Assembly (NCBI GenBank): GCA_963836495.1
Contig: CAWIJT010000003.1
Span: 457,667 to 521,666 of the forward strand
DNA from: an uncultured Actinomycetota bacterium
Lineage (GTDB): Bacteria > Actinomycetota > Actinomycetes > Mycobacteriales > Mycobacteriaceae
Length of the DNA stretch: 64,000 nt
Direction of reading: 5' to 3'
How positions within the stretch are numbered: position 1 is the stretch's first letter; the number at the start of each line of letters is the position of its first letter. Below are positions 26,216-36,000 of this stretch, piece by piece. A model generated the notes under the pieces. It was not told where the DNA came from. It made no database searches and saw only the letters and a list, made by a program, of their open reading frames with translations. Made by a program: the position numbers and the translations under genes.

Positions 26216-27148
26216 GTGCCAGTACAGATGCTTCCGTTCCGGTTTGGCATACACGCCGCCGTCGCGCCGACGATGTCGGCGTGGCGGGATCAGGCCCGCA
26301 TGGCCGAGGATCTCGGTTACTCGGCGCTCTACATTCCTGACCACCTGGACGATCAGTTCGGGCCTCTGGTAGCCACGACCGTGGCCGCTGAAGCGACCTC
26401 CACCCTCCACGTGGGGCCGCTCGTGTTGAACAACGACATCCGCCACCCGGTGGTGTTGGCGAAGGAGATCGCCACGCTCGGCCTAGCGGCCGAGGGCCGG
26501 GTCGAGGTGGGTCTGGGGGCGGGCTGGCTCCGGACCGATTACGAGCAGGCAGGGATCGAGCTCGACGAACCGGCTGTCCGGGTGGACCGGCTGGCTGAGA
26601 GCCTCGCGATCATGAAGACGCTGTGGAGTGAGGGGAAAGCGACGTCAACAGGAACGCATTACACCGTGCGAGATGCCCGTTGTGATCCTCGCCCAACATC
26701 GCCACCTCGCGTCATCGTCGGAGGCGGAAGCAGGCGAATCCTCACGGTTGCCGGTCAACAAGCGGACATCGTGGGCGTGAACACCAGCCTGGCTTCGGGC
26801 CAGAAAGGCGGCGACCTGGCGAGCCAGGCCACCTTCGATCATTTCGACCGCTGCTTGGCATGGGTGCGCGAGGGAGCCGGTGACCGCTTCGATTCGATCG
26901 AGCTGCAGATCGTGGCCTTCGCCACCAGGGTCGTCGCCAGCAGTCGTGCTGCCGCTCGGACCGCAACGATGCTCGGCCTTCCGGGTGAGGATGCGCTGGA
27001 GCTTCCGATCGTCCTGATCGGCACCGAGGACGAACTGTGCGAGCGGCTTGTGCAGCGCCGCGAGAGGTGGGGCTTCACCAACATCGTCGTTCCCGGCGAG
27101 GCGATGGAGTCCTTCGCGCCGGTGGTCGCCCGGCTTGCGGGCACCTAG
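26216..27148 (+). CDS. F420-dependent LLM-class oxidoreductase (MSMEG_2516-like)
   Basis: AEDLGYSALYIPDH, LVLNNDIRHPVVLAKE, GLGAGW and VGGGSRRIL motifs; alternative ATG at 26228. Confidence 0.85.
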   Translation: MPVQMLPFRFGIHAAVAPTMSAWRDQARMAEDLGYSALYIPDHLDDQFGPLVATTVAAEATSTLHVGPLVLNNDIRHPVVLAKEIATLGLAAEGRVEVGLGAGWLRTDYEQAGIELDEPAVRVDRLAESLAIMKTLWSEGKATSTGTHYTVRDARCDPRPTSPPRVIVGGGSRRILTVAGQQADIVGVNTSLASGQKGGDLASQATFDHFDRCLAWVREGAGDRFDSIELQIVAFATRVVASSRAAARTATMLGLPGEDALELPIVLIGTEDELCERLVQRRERWGFTNIVVPGEAMESFAPVVARLAGT

Positions 27149-27152
27149 GCCG

Positions 27153-28673
27153 GTGACCTTGACCGGCGTACTCGGCGCGGTGCTGGACCACGCCGATCAA
27201 GCCCCGGATCGGCCCGCGGTCAAGGACCTGGATCGCGCGTTGACCCGGGGCGAATTGCGCGCCGCCGCTGGGCGAGTTGCCGCCGGCCTGGTTCAAAAAG
27301 GCGTCGAGCCCGGAGATCGGGTTGCGCTGCTGATCGGTAATTCCGTGGACTTCGTGGTGGCGGCGCTGGGTTGTCTGTGGGTGGGCGCCACGTTCGTTCC
27401 GCTGGCGATCAGCGATCCAGATCACCGCCGCGCACAGATCGTCTCGGACTGCCGGCCCGCACAGGTGATCACCGGCGGTCCGGACCACGCGGTGCCGTCG
27501 GGATTTCCCGTCGGCACACCGTGGACCACGGTCGCGGCCTTGAGCGCAGGAGGTGGGCCGCCGCCGACACCTGTAACCGGGCCGATCGCCTACATCATCT
27601 ATACGTCGGGTACGACCGGCATCCCCAAGGGTGTGCAGATCAAGCCGGAGGCGTTTTTCACGGCGGTCGAAGCATGCGCTGACGCGGTGGGATTGGCCGA
27701 CGATGACCGGTGCCTGTGCGTTTCGCCGGTGCATTTCGACGGGTCCTTTTCTGCCATCTTCCCCCCGCTCGTCCGCGGCGCCGCCCTCGTCATCCCCGAC
27801 CGGGAAGCCCTGCTTTTTCCGCGGAGGTTCTTCTCGATCGTCGCCGTCGAGGGGATCACGGCGACCAGCTTCTCTCCCAGCTATCTGCGGTTGCTGCGGT
27901 CCAGCGGCCGTCTGGCGGCATTGGCCGACACCCCGCTGCGCGTGATGGCGCTGGGCGGTGAAGCTCCGTCCACGGCCGATATCAGGGCGGTGTGGGCCGC
28001 CAGCCCGGGACTGCGAATAGTGAACCGCTACGGCCCGACCGAGACCACCATCGCGGTTGCCCACCTGGACCTGACCCCGGAGTTGCTCGACGCCGGGCTG
28101 GTACCGATCGGTCATCCTCATCCTGGGAGCTCGTTCTACCTCGTCGATGAGCACGGATGTCCAGTGGATCGTCCGGGAGTGGTGGGCGAGCTGTACGTCG
28201 GCGGCCCGCAGTTGATGGCTGGCTATCTGCACGATCCTGTGCATAGCGCGGCTGTGCTGCGGACGGACGTCATCGACGGGACCACTGTCTACCGGACCGG
28301 TGACCTGGTCTTCCGCGACGACCGGGGCAACTACGTCTACGCGGGCCGTTCGGACCGCGTCATCAAGCGACACGGTGTGCGGATGTCGCTGGTCGAAGTG
28401 ACCGAGGCGCTGGGTGGTACCGACGGGGTCGCGTCCGCGGCGTGCACGACCTTCGACCTGGATGGCGCTCTGGGGGTGGTCGCGTTCGTGGTGCCCAACG
28501 GCGAGCTCACTTCTCTCGCCGTCCGCCGGGCCGCCAGCGAGCGACTGCCGGCGACGATGCTGCCCGATCAATTCGTCGTGGTGGCCGACTTGCCGTTGAC
28601 GTCTTCCAGCAAGGTCGACGAGCGACGGCTGCTGGCGGAGGCCGGCTTGTCTGCACCGAACGCCGGGGCCTGA
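27153..28673 (+). CDS. Stand-alone amino acid adenylation (A) domain protein
   Basis: GTG 27153; A3 [15 protein letters not shown]4 HFDGSF, A5 NRYGPTE, A7 YRTGD, A10 SSKVDE; no C or T domain. Confidence 0.88.
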   Translation: MTLTGVLGAVLDHADQAPDRPAVKDLDRALTRGELRAAAGRVAAGLVQKGVEPGDRVALLIGNSVDFVVAALGCLWVGATFVPLAISDPDHRRAQIVSDCRPAQVITGGPDHAVPSGFPVGTPWTTVAALSAGGGPPPTPVTGPIAYIIYTSGTTGIPKGVQIKPEAFFTAVEACADAVGLADDDRCLCVSPVHFDGSFSAIFPPLVRGAALVIPDREALLFPRRFFSIVAVEGITATSFSPSYLRLLRSSGRLAALADTPLRVMALGGEAPSTADIRAVWAASPGLRIVNRYGPTETTIAVAHLDLTPELLDAGLVPIGHPHPGSSFYLVDEHGCPVDRPGVVGELYVGGPQLMAGYLHDPVHSAAVLRTDVIDGTTVYRTGDLVFRDDRGNYVYAGRSDRVIKRHGVRMSLVEVTEALGGTDGVASAACTTFDLDGALGVVAFVVPNGELTSLAVRRAASERLPATMLPDQFVVVADLPLTSSSKVDERRLLAEAGLSAPNAGA

Positions 28674-28677
28674 GCGT

Positions 28678-29403
28678 ATGCGCAGGACACCGTCATCGGC
28701 ATTCCCCGACGCGAGTCAGTCCAACTTCTGGATCAAGCTGGCGCCGAGCGTTGCGCGCCTGTTCGGGGCTTCCTCGATGCTGCGCACCAAGACCATCAAC
28801 GCCGCACAGATCGCCGATTTCGTCGATTGGCAGGTGCGTGTGTTCGGTGGTCGGCCAACGGTTTTCGCGCGACGGGAAATGCTGTGGGAACGGCTCGCGA
28901 AACGGCTGGATCCACACCGTCCACTTGTGGTGCTCGAGTTCGGCGTCGCCTGGGGTTATGCGACCAATTGGTGGTTGGGTCGATTGGGCGGGCGCGACGT
29001 GGTCTGGCACGGGTTCGACCGTTTCACCGGGCTGCCACGCGCCTGGCGTGAATACGCGCAGGGCACGTTCGATGCCGGCGGTAAGCCGCCCGCGATCGAC
29101 GACGGGCGGGTCCGTTGGCACGTCGGCGACGTCCAGGACACCCTCGGCGCAGTGGACCTGGCCGCCGCGCGGGATGCGCAGTGGCTGGTGCTGTTCGACA
29201 TGGACATCTACGAACCGACGGTCTTCGCCTGGGAGGCGATCAATGCTCACCTACGACCCGGGGATGTCATCTACCTCGATGAAGCGGTGGACCGCGACGA
29301 GCGCCGCGTTCTGGACGAGATGATCCTGCCGTCGATCGGTTGCGAGTCCGCCGGGGCCACGGCGTACGCGCTGGGTTTGGTTGTCACCCGCTCCGCTGGC
29401 TGA
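28678..29403 (+). CDS. Class I SAM-dependent O-methyltransferase, TylF/MycF-like
   Basis: LEFGVAWG, HGFDRFTGLP..W, VGDVQDTL and FDMDIYEPT motifs. Confidence 0.75.
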   Translation: MRRTPSSAFPDASQSNFWIKLAPSVARLFGASSMLRTKTINAAQIADFVDWQVRVFGGRPTVFARREMLWERLAKRLDPHRPLVVLEFGVAWGYATNWWLGRLGGRDVVWHGFDRFTGLPRAWREYAQGTFDAGGKPPAIDDGRVRWHVGDVQDTLGAVDLAAARDAQWLVLFDMDIYEPTVFAWEAINAHLRPGDVIYLDEAVDRDERRVLDEMILPSIGCESAGATAYALGLVVTRSAG

Positions 29404-29445
29404 CGCCCGCAGAAACCGCTCGGCACCTAAAAAAGCTCTTTTGCT

Positions 29446-29485
29446 ACCAATAGTATGAAACATTGCCAAATAGACTACTATTGGT
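29446..29485. promoter_or_regulatory. AT-rich inverted repeat (10-bp arms, 20-bp spacer) upstream of the PaaK-like gene
   Basis: ACCAATAGTA (29446-29455) and TACTATTGGT (29476-29485) are exact reverse complements. Confidence 0.5.
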
Positions 29486-29488
29486 CGA

Positions 29489-30883
29489 ATGGAAGCCATG
29501 GTGACCCGCGCGACGCCGGACGAACTCTACAAGGAACTGATCCAGCGTCAGCGCGCTGAATTACAGGACGCCTACATGAAAGGCGTGCGCCGACTGCGAT
29601 GGGATAAGGAGCGTCTCGCCGCAGAACGCCAACGGCGTCTGCGGGAGCTGCTGGTGCATGCCGCCGACAACTCCCCGTTCTGGCGGGAACGACTGGCGGG
29701 CCACGATCTGGCCAACTTCACCGAGGCTGACCTCCCGTCGCTGCCGATCCTGACCAAAGACGAGATGATGACGGAGTTCGACCGGATTCTCACCGTCCCT
29801 GGTCTGACGCGAGCCCGGATCAAAGAACACATCGATTCGCTCGACGGAGATCGGTACATCGATGACGAGTACCGGGCAATCGTCAGCTCTGGATACGCGG
29901 GAACAGAGGCGTACCACGTTTACGGCTGGGACTCGTTCATCACCTTCGTGATGCAGGGCTCGCGGTGGACCGGGCGACGCGGCGAAGATCCGGCGGCGGT
30001 CTTGGCGCAGTGCTTCAGTTGCAGCGCCCGGCATGAGTCGGGGGCGTTCTACGCGTTCAGCAGCTTCCAGGGCGGCGGTCCGACGTCGCACTGCTTCGAC
30101 GCCACGCTCCCCCTGGACGTCATCGTCGACCGGCTCAACAACATCCGACCCTCGGTGCAGGCCCTCCAAGGATGGCCGAGCCTCATCTGGGAACTGGCGT
30201 CGGAGGCCAGGCATGGACGACTCACCATCACACCGACCTGGGTCAGCGTGGCGGGGGAGCTCTGCACCGAGCCCGTGCGAGAGGCCGTGCGGTCCGCCTG
30301 GGGCATCGAGGCTTCGGAGTTCTGGGGCTGTTCAGAGGGCACCTACGCGTTCCCCTGCGGCGTCGGAGAAGGCATGCACGTCGCCGACGACCTGGTCATC
30401 CTCGAGCCGGCGGATGCCGACGGCAACGTCGTGCCCTACGGGCAGCCCGCGGATCGGATGCTGTTGACCAACCTGTTCAACCCGGTACAGCCGCTGATCC
30501 GCTACGACCTCATCGACGCGGTGACCATGACCGACGAGCCGTGTCCGTGCGGTTGTGCTCACCGGCGCATCACATCGGTCAACGGTCGGATCAACGGAGC
30601 CTTCGAGTACGACGGCGGTGCGGCGGTGCCCCGCGCGGCCGTCGAGCAGACCGTCGTCGCCACCCCTGGCGTCGTCAACTTCCGCGTGCGCAAGACGCAA
30701 GGTGGTGTCGACGTGTCCGTGGTGACCGACGGTTCATCCGACCTGCGGCAGCTGCGGACGGAATTGGTCGACGTGCTCGGCCGGCACGGCGCACCGGAGC
30801 CGGATGTCGCTGTGCAGGAGGTCGATTCGATAGAGCGGCTGTCGCGGGGAAAGACCAAGCAGTTCGACACCCAGGCGATCTAG
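29489..30883 (+). CDS. Phenylacetate-CoA ligase (PaaK/CapK)-family adenylating enzyme
   Basis: SPFWRERL, LPILTKDEM, WGCSEG and QPLIRYDLID motifs; divergent P-loop SSGYAG; alternative ATG at 29498. Confidence 0.8.
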   Translation: MEAMVTRATPDELYKELIQRQRAELQDAYMKGVRRLRWDKERLAAERQRRLRELLVHAADNSPFWRERLAGHDLANFTEADLPSLPILTKDEMMTEFDRILTVPGLTRARIKEHIDSLDGDRYIDDEYRAIVSSGYAGTEAYHVYGWDSFITFVMQGSRWTGRRGEDPAAVLAQCFSCSARHESGAFYAFSSFQGGGPTSHCFDATLPLDVIVDRLNNIRPSVQALQGWPSLIWELASEARHGRLTITPTWVSVAGELCTEPVREAVRSAWGIEASEFWGCSEGTYAFPCGVGEGMHVADDLVILEPADADGNVVPYGQPADRMLLTNLFNPVQPLIRYDLIDAVTMTDEPCPCGCAHRRITSVNGRINGAFEYDGGAAVPRAAVEQTVVATPGVVNFRVRKTQGGVDVSVVTDGSSDLRQLRTELVDVLGRHGAPEPDVAVQEVDSIERLSRGKTKQFDTQAI

Positions 30884-31155
30884 CCGCCCTCTACAGCGAT
30901 ACGCACCTGCTGCTCGTTGGCCGGGTCGGCGGCGAAAACCACACGTACCGCGACGGTTTCACCCGCTGGAACATTGGTGACGTCGTGCGGCGCGAGCGGG
31001 CATGGGGGTGGATGGTCCAGGCTGCACAGCGCTTTGGTGATCGAGCCGCCTGAGCGTTGGGACTGCCGCCGGGCTGCATCGCGATGACGGCTTCGTGGAC
31101 AAGGCTTTGCGGACCACGGAACCTGATCCAACAGTGCGGCGGCGGTGATTGGTCT

Positions 31156-32034
31156 TTACAACGACGGAAGTATGTCGAGTAAGAAGTTGGCGCCGGTGGC
31201 GCTCGCGTGGAGCATGTCACCGAAGGCCGCGGCGGTGTCCCAATCGGTGTCAGACCCCGCCAAGGCGGTGCTGTCAGCGCCAAAGACGGAGGCGAGGTCG
31301 CTTATGCCGCTCGCCTCGGCGTTGCTGTTGGCGCCGTCAGCGATTGCGGTTGTCAGGAATCCGCCGGCGGTCGCCTCGCCACCGCCGGCGGCGGAGGCGA
31401 GGTCGTAGTTGCCTACGCCGGCGGTCGCGCTGCTGCCGGTGCCGATGGCGGTGGCGATGTCACCGTTACCCAAACCAGCATCGGCGTAGCTGTTGGTGCC
31501 GTCGGCGAATGCGGAGTCATCGCTGGCGCCGATTGCGACTTGGGCTTGGCTACCGGTGCCGACGGCGATTGCGGAGTCAAGGTTGGCGCCCAACCCGACT
31601 TGGGCTTGGCTACCGGTTCCGACGGCGACCACGAGATCAAGGTTGGAGCCGCCCAACACGGCGGCGTCGGCGGTGCTTCCGGTGCCGTCAGCGAATGAGA
31701 TGTCGCCGATGCCGCCGCCGAGCGATATGCCGCCGCCCAAGCTGTCGCCGCCGGCGGTCGCATTGGCGCCGTCGCCGATGGCGATCGCCATGTCTCCAAC
31801 ACCTGAGGTGGCAGTGGCGGTGTTGCCTGCGGTCGGGAACAAATCCATCCCGTCGATCGAGACCTGGTAATCCAGCGCTGTCGTCTGGGCGGGGAGTGAC
31901 AGGCCACCCAGCAGTTCATCGACCCACGACAATGGGTCGGTGGACGGGTCAGCCCAGGCGACCCCCGATGTGGAGGCCAGCGCCACCCCAATGCCCAGCA
32001 CGCCCAATAGCCCGCTACGGGTAGCGCGTTTCAT
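31156..32034 (-). CDS. Secreted Ala/Gly-rich repeat protein
   Basis: ATG 32034; signal peptide MKRATRSGLLGVLGIGVALASTSGVAWA-D; roughly 19-20 aa repeats of type xDxAxAxGxGSxAxAG. Confidence 0.75.
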   Translation of the reverse strand: MKRATRSGLLGVLGIGVALASTSGVAWADPSTDPLSWVDELLGGLSLPAQTTALDYQVSIDGMDLFPTAGNTATATSGVGDMAIAIGDGANATAGGDSLGGGISLGGGIGDISFADGTGSTADAAVLGGSNLDLVVAVGTGSQAQVGLGANLDSAIAVGTGSQAQVAIGASDDSAFADGTNSYADAGLGNGDIATAIGTGSSATAGVGNYDLASAAGGGEATAGGFLTTAIADGANSNAEASGISDLASVFGADSTALAGSDTDWDTAAAFGDMLHASATGANFLLDILPSL

Positions 32035-32202
32035 CGGTCTCCCTCTCGTTGGGCGCCCCCCAGGTTTCCGCAACATTTTGGATCGGGCACGGAACCACCG
32101 GTGACGCGGAATCTACTCCCCGCGCAACTCTGGCAAGCGTGTTTGACACAAGTTGAACTACCCGGTTTTTTGCACTGCTAGCGTGCGGTGCGAGGAGGAT
32201 CG

Positions 32203-32877
32203 GTGAAAATCATTCCTAAGTTGGTGGTCTTCGGCCTAGTCGAGTTTGCTGTGTTCGGCTCGCTGCTATTTTTCCCAGCAGGCACGTTAAATTACTGGCA
32301 GGCATGGGTTTTTCTGGTGGTGGTTGCCCTTTGGGCGTGGATCCCGACCATTTACTTGCTGCGCACGAACCCCATTGCGCTTCAGAAGCGGATGCGTGGG
32401 GGGCCGACAGCGGAGGCCCGAATGGCGCAGAAGGTCGTTATTGCCGGCTTGTACTTGTCGCTGGCCGCAATGGTCGTAGTCAGCGCCCGCGACCATCGCT
32501 GTGGCTGGTCGCCGGTACCACCGGCGATCTGTCTGCTTGGTGATGTTCTGCTGGCCGCTGGATTGACTGTGGTGGCTCTGGTGATCATTCAGAACAGCTA
32601 TGCAGCGGCAACTGTCCGGGTGCAGACAGGCCAAAAGGTCGTCTCCACCGGTCTCTACGGGATGGTGCGGCACCCCATGTACACCGGCAATGTGATCATG
32701 ATGGTCGGCATTCCCCTTGCGCTCGGCTCCTACTGGGGACTCGTCTTCGTCGTGCCTGGCCTGATCGTGCTTGCCCTGCGTATCCGCGACGAGGAGAAGT
32801 TACTCCGCGAAGAGTTGAAGGGATACCGCGAATACACGCAGGAGGTTCGCTATCGCCTGATGCCACTGATGTGGTGA
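32203..32877 (+). CDS. Isoprenylcysteine carboxyl methyltransferase (ICMT/PEMT)-family membrane methyltransferase
   Basis: GTG 32203 after GAGGAGG; TGLYGMVRHPMYTG, RIRDEEKLL and YRLMP motifs. Confidence 0.85.
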   Translation: MKIIPKLVVFGLVEFAVFGSLLFFPAGTLNYWQAWVFLVVVALWAWIPTIYLLRTNPIALQKRMRGGPTAEARMAQKVVIAGLYLSLAAMVVVSARDHRCGWSPVPPAICLLGDVLLAAGLTVVALVIIQNSYAAATVRVQTGQKVVSTGLYGMVRHPMYTGNVIMMVGIPLALGSYWGLVFVVPGLIVLALRIRDEEKLLREELKGYREYTQEVRYRLMPLMW

Positions 32878-33035
32878 CAGCCGCGCGGCCTGCACCTGAA
32901 TCGGTCGACGTGCCGCAGCCAACCCATGCCGTGGTGAAGCAGCGCATCAGGTACGAGCGTCCCTCGCATTGCATCTCCTTACAACGTCAAGCCGTGAAAG
33001 GAATGCCGGCACATCGCGCAGCTCCTCGGCAACGA

Positions 33036-36000
33036 TCACTCTGTGGTTTCTTGTGCTGCTGTGGACTGTCTATTCAATTGCTGGCCGAGACTTTTTATGG
33101 TCGGCGCGTTGATGAGGGTGGGTAGCGCGAGGTGGGCGTCGAGGGCTGTGTTGATCGCGGCGATCGCCCGCATCGCCGAAAGCGAATCCCCGCCCAGATC
33201 GAAGAACGAATCTTCGACCCCAACTCGGTCGACACCCAGCACCTCGGCCCAGATGCCTGCCAGGACCTGCTCGATCAGCGTGGCCGGAGCGCGATATTCG
33301 CCGCCGTTGGCCTGGTGTCCGGGTGCCGAGATCGACGTGGTCAGCGGCTGGGCAAACAGCGCCTGATCGTCCCGCTCGTCTAGGTCTATCGATGACAATG
33401 GCTGCTTCGGATCACCGGCCATGGTCACCAACACCCGCTGAAAGCGCTCGATCAGCGCTTCGATGACGGGTGCGTTGAAAAAATCCGCGCGATACTGAAC
33501 TCGCAACTCCAGTTCGTTGCCAGGCACGGCCTGGATCGTCAGCGGGTAGTGGTAGTAGTCGCGGTTGGTGAGCCCGGTAACGACCAACCCGTCTGCGCCT
33601 GACAAGGCCGCTGCGTCGGTCGGGTAGTTCTCGTAGACGATAACGGTGTCGAACAGTCTTTCGTGACCGGTGGCGCGGTGGATGTCGCTGAGAGCCAGGT
33701 GCTGGTGTTCGAGGGTCTGATTGTGGTTGTTGTGGAGCTGGTTCAGTAGGTCGGTGGTGGTCGTCGCCGTGTCGATGGTGGCCCGTACCGGGACCGTGTT
33801 GATCAACAGCCCGATCATCGATTCCGCGCCGACCACCTCATCCGGGCGTCCCGAGACGACGGCGCCGAAGGCGACATCGTGATGGCCGGTCAGCCACATC
33901 AGCAGGGTTGCGAAGGCGCCCTGCAGCACGGTGTTGACGGTGGTGTGTGACGAGCGGGCCAACTCGGCAACCGCCCGGGTGGTGTGCTCGGACACCCAGA
34001 ACGACGCCACGTCTCGCGGTCCCACCCCTAACCGGTCTGGCGGGCCGATCAAGGTCGGGGTGTCAAAACCGGCCAGCACGTCACGCCACGCGGCGCGGGC
34101 GGCTTCGTGGTCCCGATCGGCCAGCCAGGTGATGAACTTGCGGTACGGCGCGGTCGCGGGTAGGCGCTGCCCGTAATAGCTGGCAAATACCTCCCGCAGC
34201 ATGTTTGGCAGTGACCAGCCGTCCAGCACGATGTGGTGATTCGTCAGTACAAACCGGTGCTGATCTTCTTCGGTGCGGATCAACGCCGCCCGGAAGGCGG
34301 GCTCGTCGGCGAGATTGAACACCGCGGCGCGTTCGGCGGCGCACACGCGCTGGATGTCCTCATCAAGGTCCCGGTCGCCTACGCTCAGATCGATAAATCG
34401 CCAGGGCGTCGTGGGATCGGCCGGGATGATCTGAACCGGCTGGTCAAACTGTTCGGAGAATCGGGCCGCTAGGTGTGGATGCCGGGTGACCACCGCATGT
34501 AGCGCGTCGCGGAGCCGGTGCTGATCAAGCCGACCGTTCAACGCGATATCCAGCTGCACTGCATACACATCGTCGCCACCAGCGTGCGCGGTGTTGGCGT
34601 GAAAAAGTAGCCCTCGCTGAAGGGGCGTCAACGGCAAAATATCGGCGATCTCATATTGCCGGCAAAGCTCGTCGATCTGCTGCTGGCTCAGCCGGGCGGG
34701 CGCGATATCCGACGGCGTCAACCCGCCACCACCCCGTCTGACGTATGCGCAGATTCCGGCCAGGGCTTCAAACCACAACCGACTCATCCGACTGACCTGC
34801 GCGTGATCGAGCGCCGACGGCGCCCATGTCCAGCCCGCCTGCAGGTGCGGGCCGGTGTCGGTATCGATGGTTCCGGCATTGAGCGCCACCGTGTGCATCA
34901 ACGGCATGGGGATAGCGGCGGCGACCCCGGTCACCGACGAAGCATCCTGACAAACCTGCCAAGCCTGACCAGATGCCGCGGCCGCCCCTGCACCCAGGCG
35001 CCCCAGGTAGTTGAACCCGATCACTGGATCGGATCCGGCCAGATCAACATCGGGGTTCAGATAACGCAGCAGACCGTAGGTCAACGGATCTGGCAGGGCG
35101 CGCAGCTGCTCTTTGGCGGCTTTGATCACCGCGCCCAAACCCGCATCACCGGCTACCACCTGCACCCATGACAGCCCGCCCACCGCCAACGCCACCGGAT
35201 ACTTGGTCGTGAACCATCCGACCGTGCGCGACAGGTCAACATCGGTGCCCAGCTCCTCTTGGCGACCGTGACCTTCCACATCGATACCGACCGGCGACGC
35301 GCCAGTCCCTAAAAACTCCGCCAGCGCCAACCCGAACGCGATCAACAAAATGTCGTGTATCCCGGCATGAAACGAGGTCGGCACTTCACCGAGCAGCATC
35401 TGGGTGGTCTCGGCATCGAGCAGCACCGACAATTGCCCCGCGCCCGCATAGGTATCCACCTCTGGACGCACCGCCGGCAGCGCGGGAGGAATTGCCGCGG
35501 CCTGCCGCCAGGCGTCGACCTGTTCCACTACTTCCCGGCGGGTTGCATGCTCAACCAACAACGACGCCCAGCGGGCAAATGACATCCCCGGCGCGGGCAG
35601 ATCCACCTGCTGCCCTCCACGATGCTGAGACCAGGCAATGTTGAGGTCCTCCAGGAGAATTCGCCATGACACCCCGTCGACGGCCAGGTGGTGAATGATC
35701 ACCACCAGCTGAGCCGTGGAGGTCGCCCACAGCGCGCTCAACATCACTCCCGCAGCCGGATTCAACCGCGAGCGTGCCGCCACCACCGCGTCGTCAGACA
35801 CCACGTCCACTGTTTGCAGGCACGCGCGCGCATCCACTGAACCGGCATCGGGCACCTGCAGCGACCAACCCCTGGCGCCGTCGTCCTCGACCCGCACCCG
35901 CAACATGGCATGCCGATCCAGTAAGGCCTGCAACAGCACCACTACGTCGGCCTCGGTTACCCCCGCGGGGGCCTGCAACAGCACAGTCTGGTTGAACTCG

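Noticed and set aside
30884-31155. Possible gene remnant (LYSDTHLLLVGRVGGENHTYRDG...) between the PaaK-like and secreted protein genes
   Set aside because: No start or RBS and no family I can name; a BLASTX search would be needed.
31156-32034. PE_PGRS or PPE assignment for the Ala/Gly-rich protein
   Set aside because: No PE/PPE domain or GGXGGX pattern; it has a Sec-type signal peptide.
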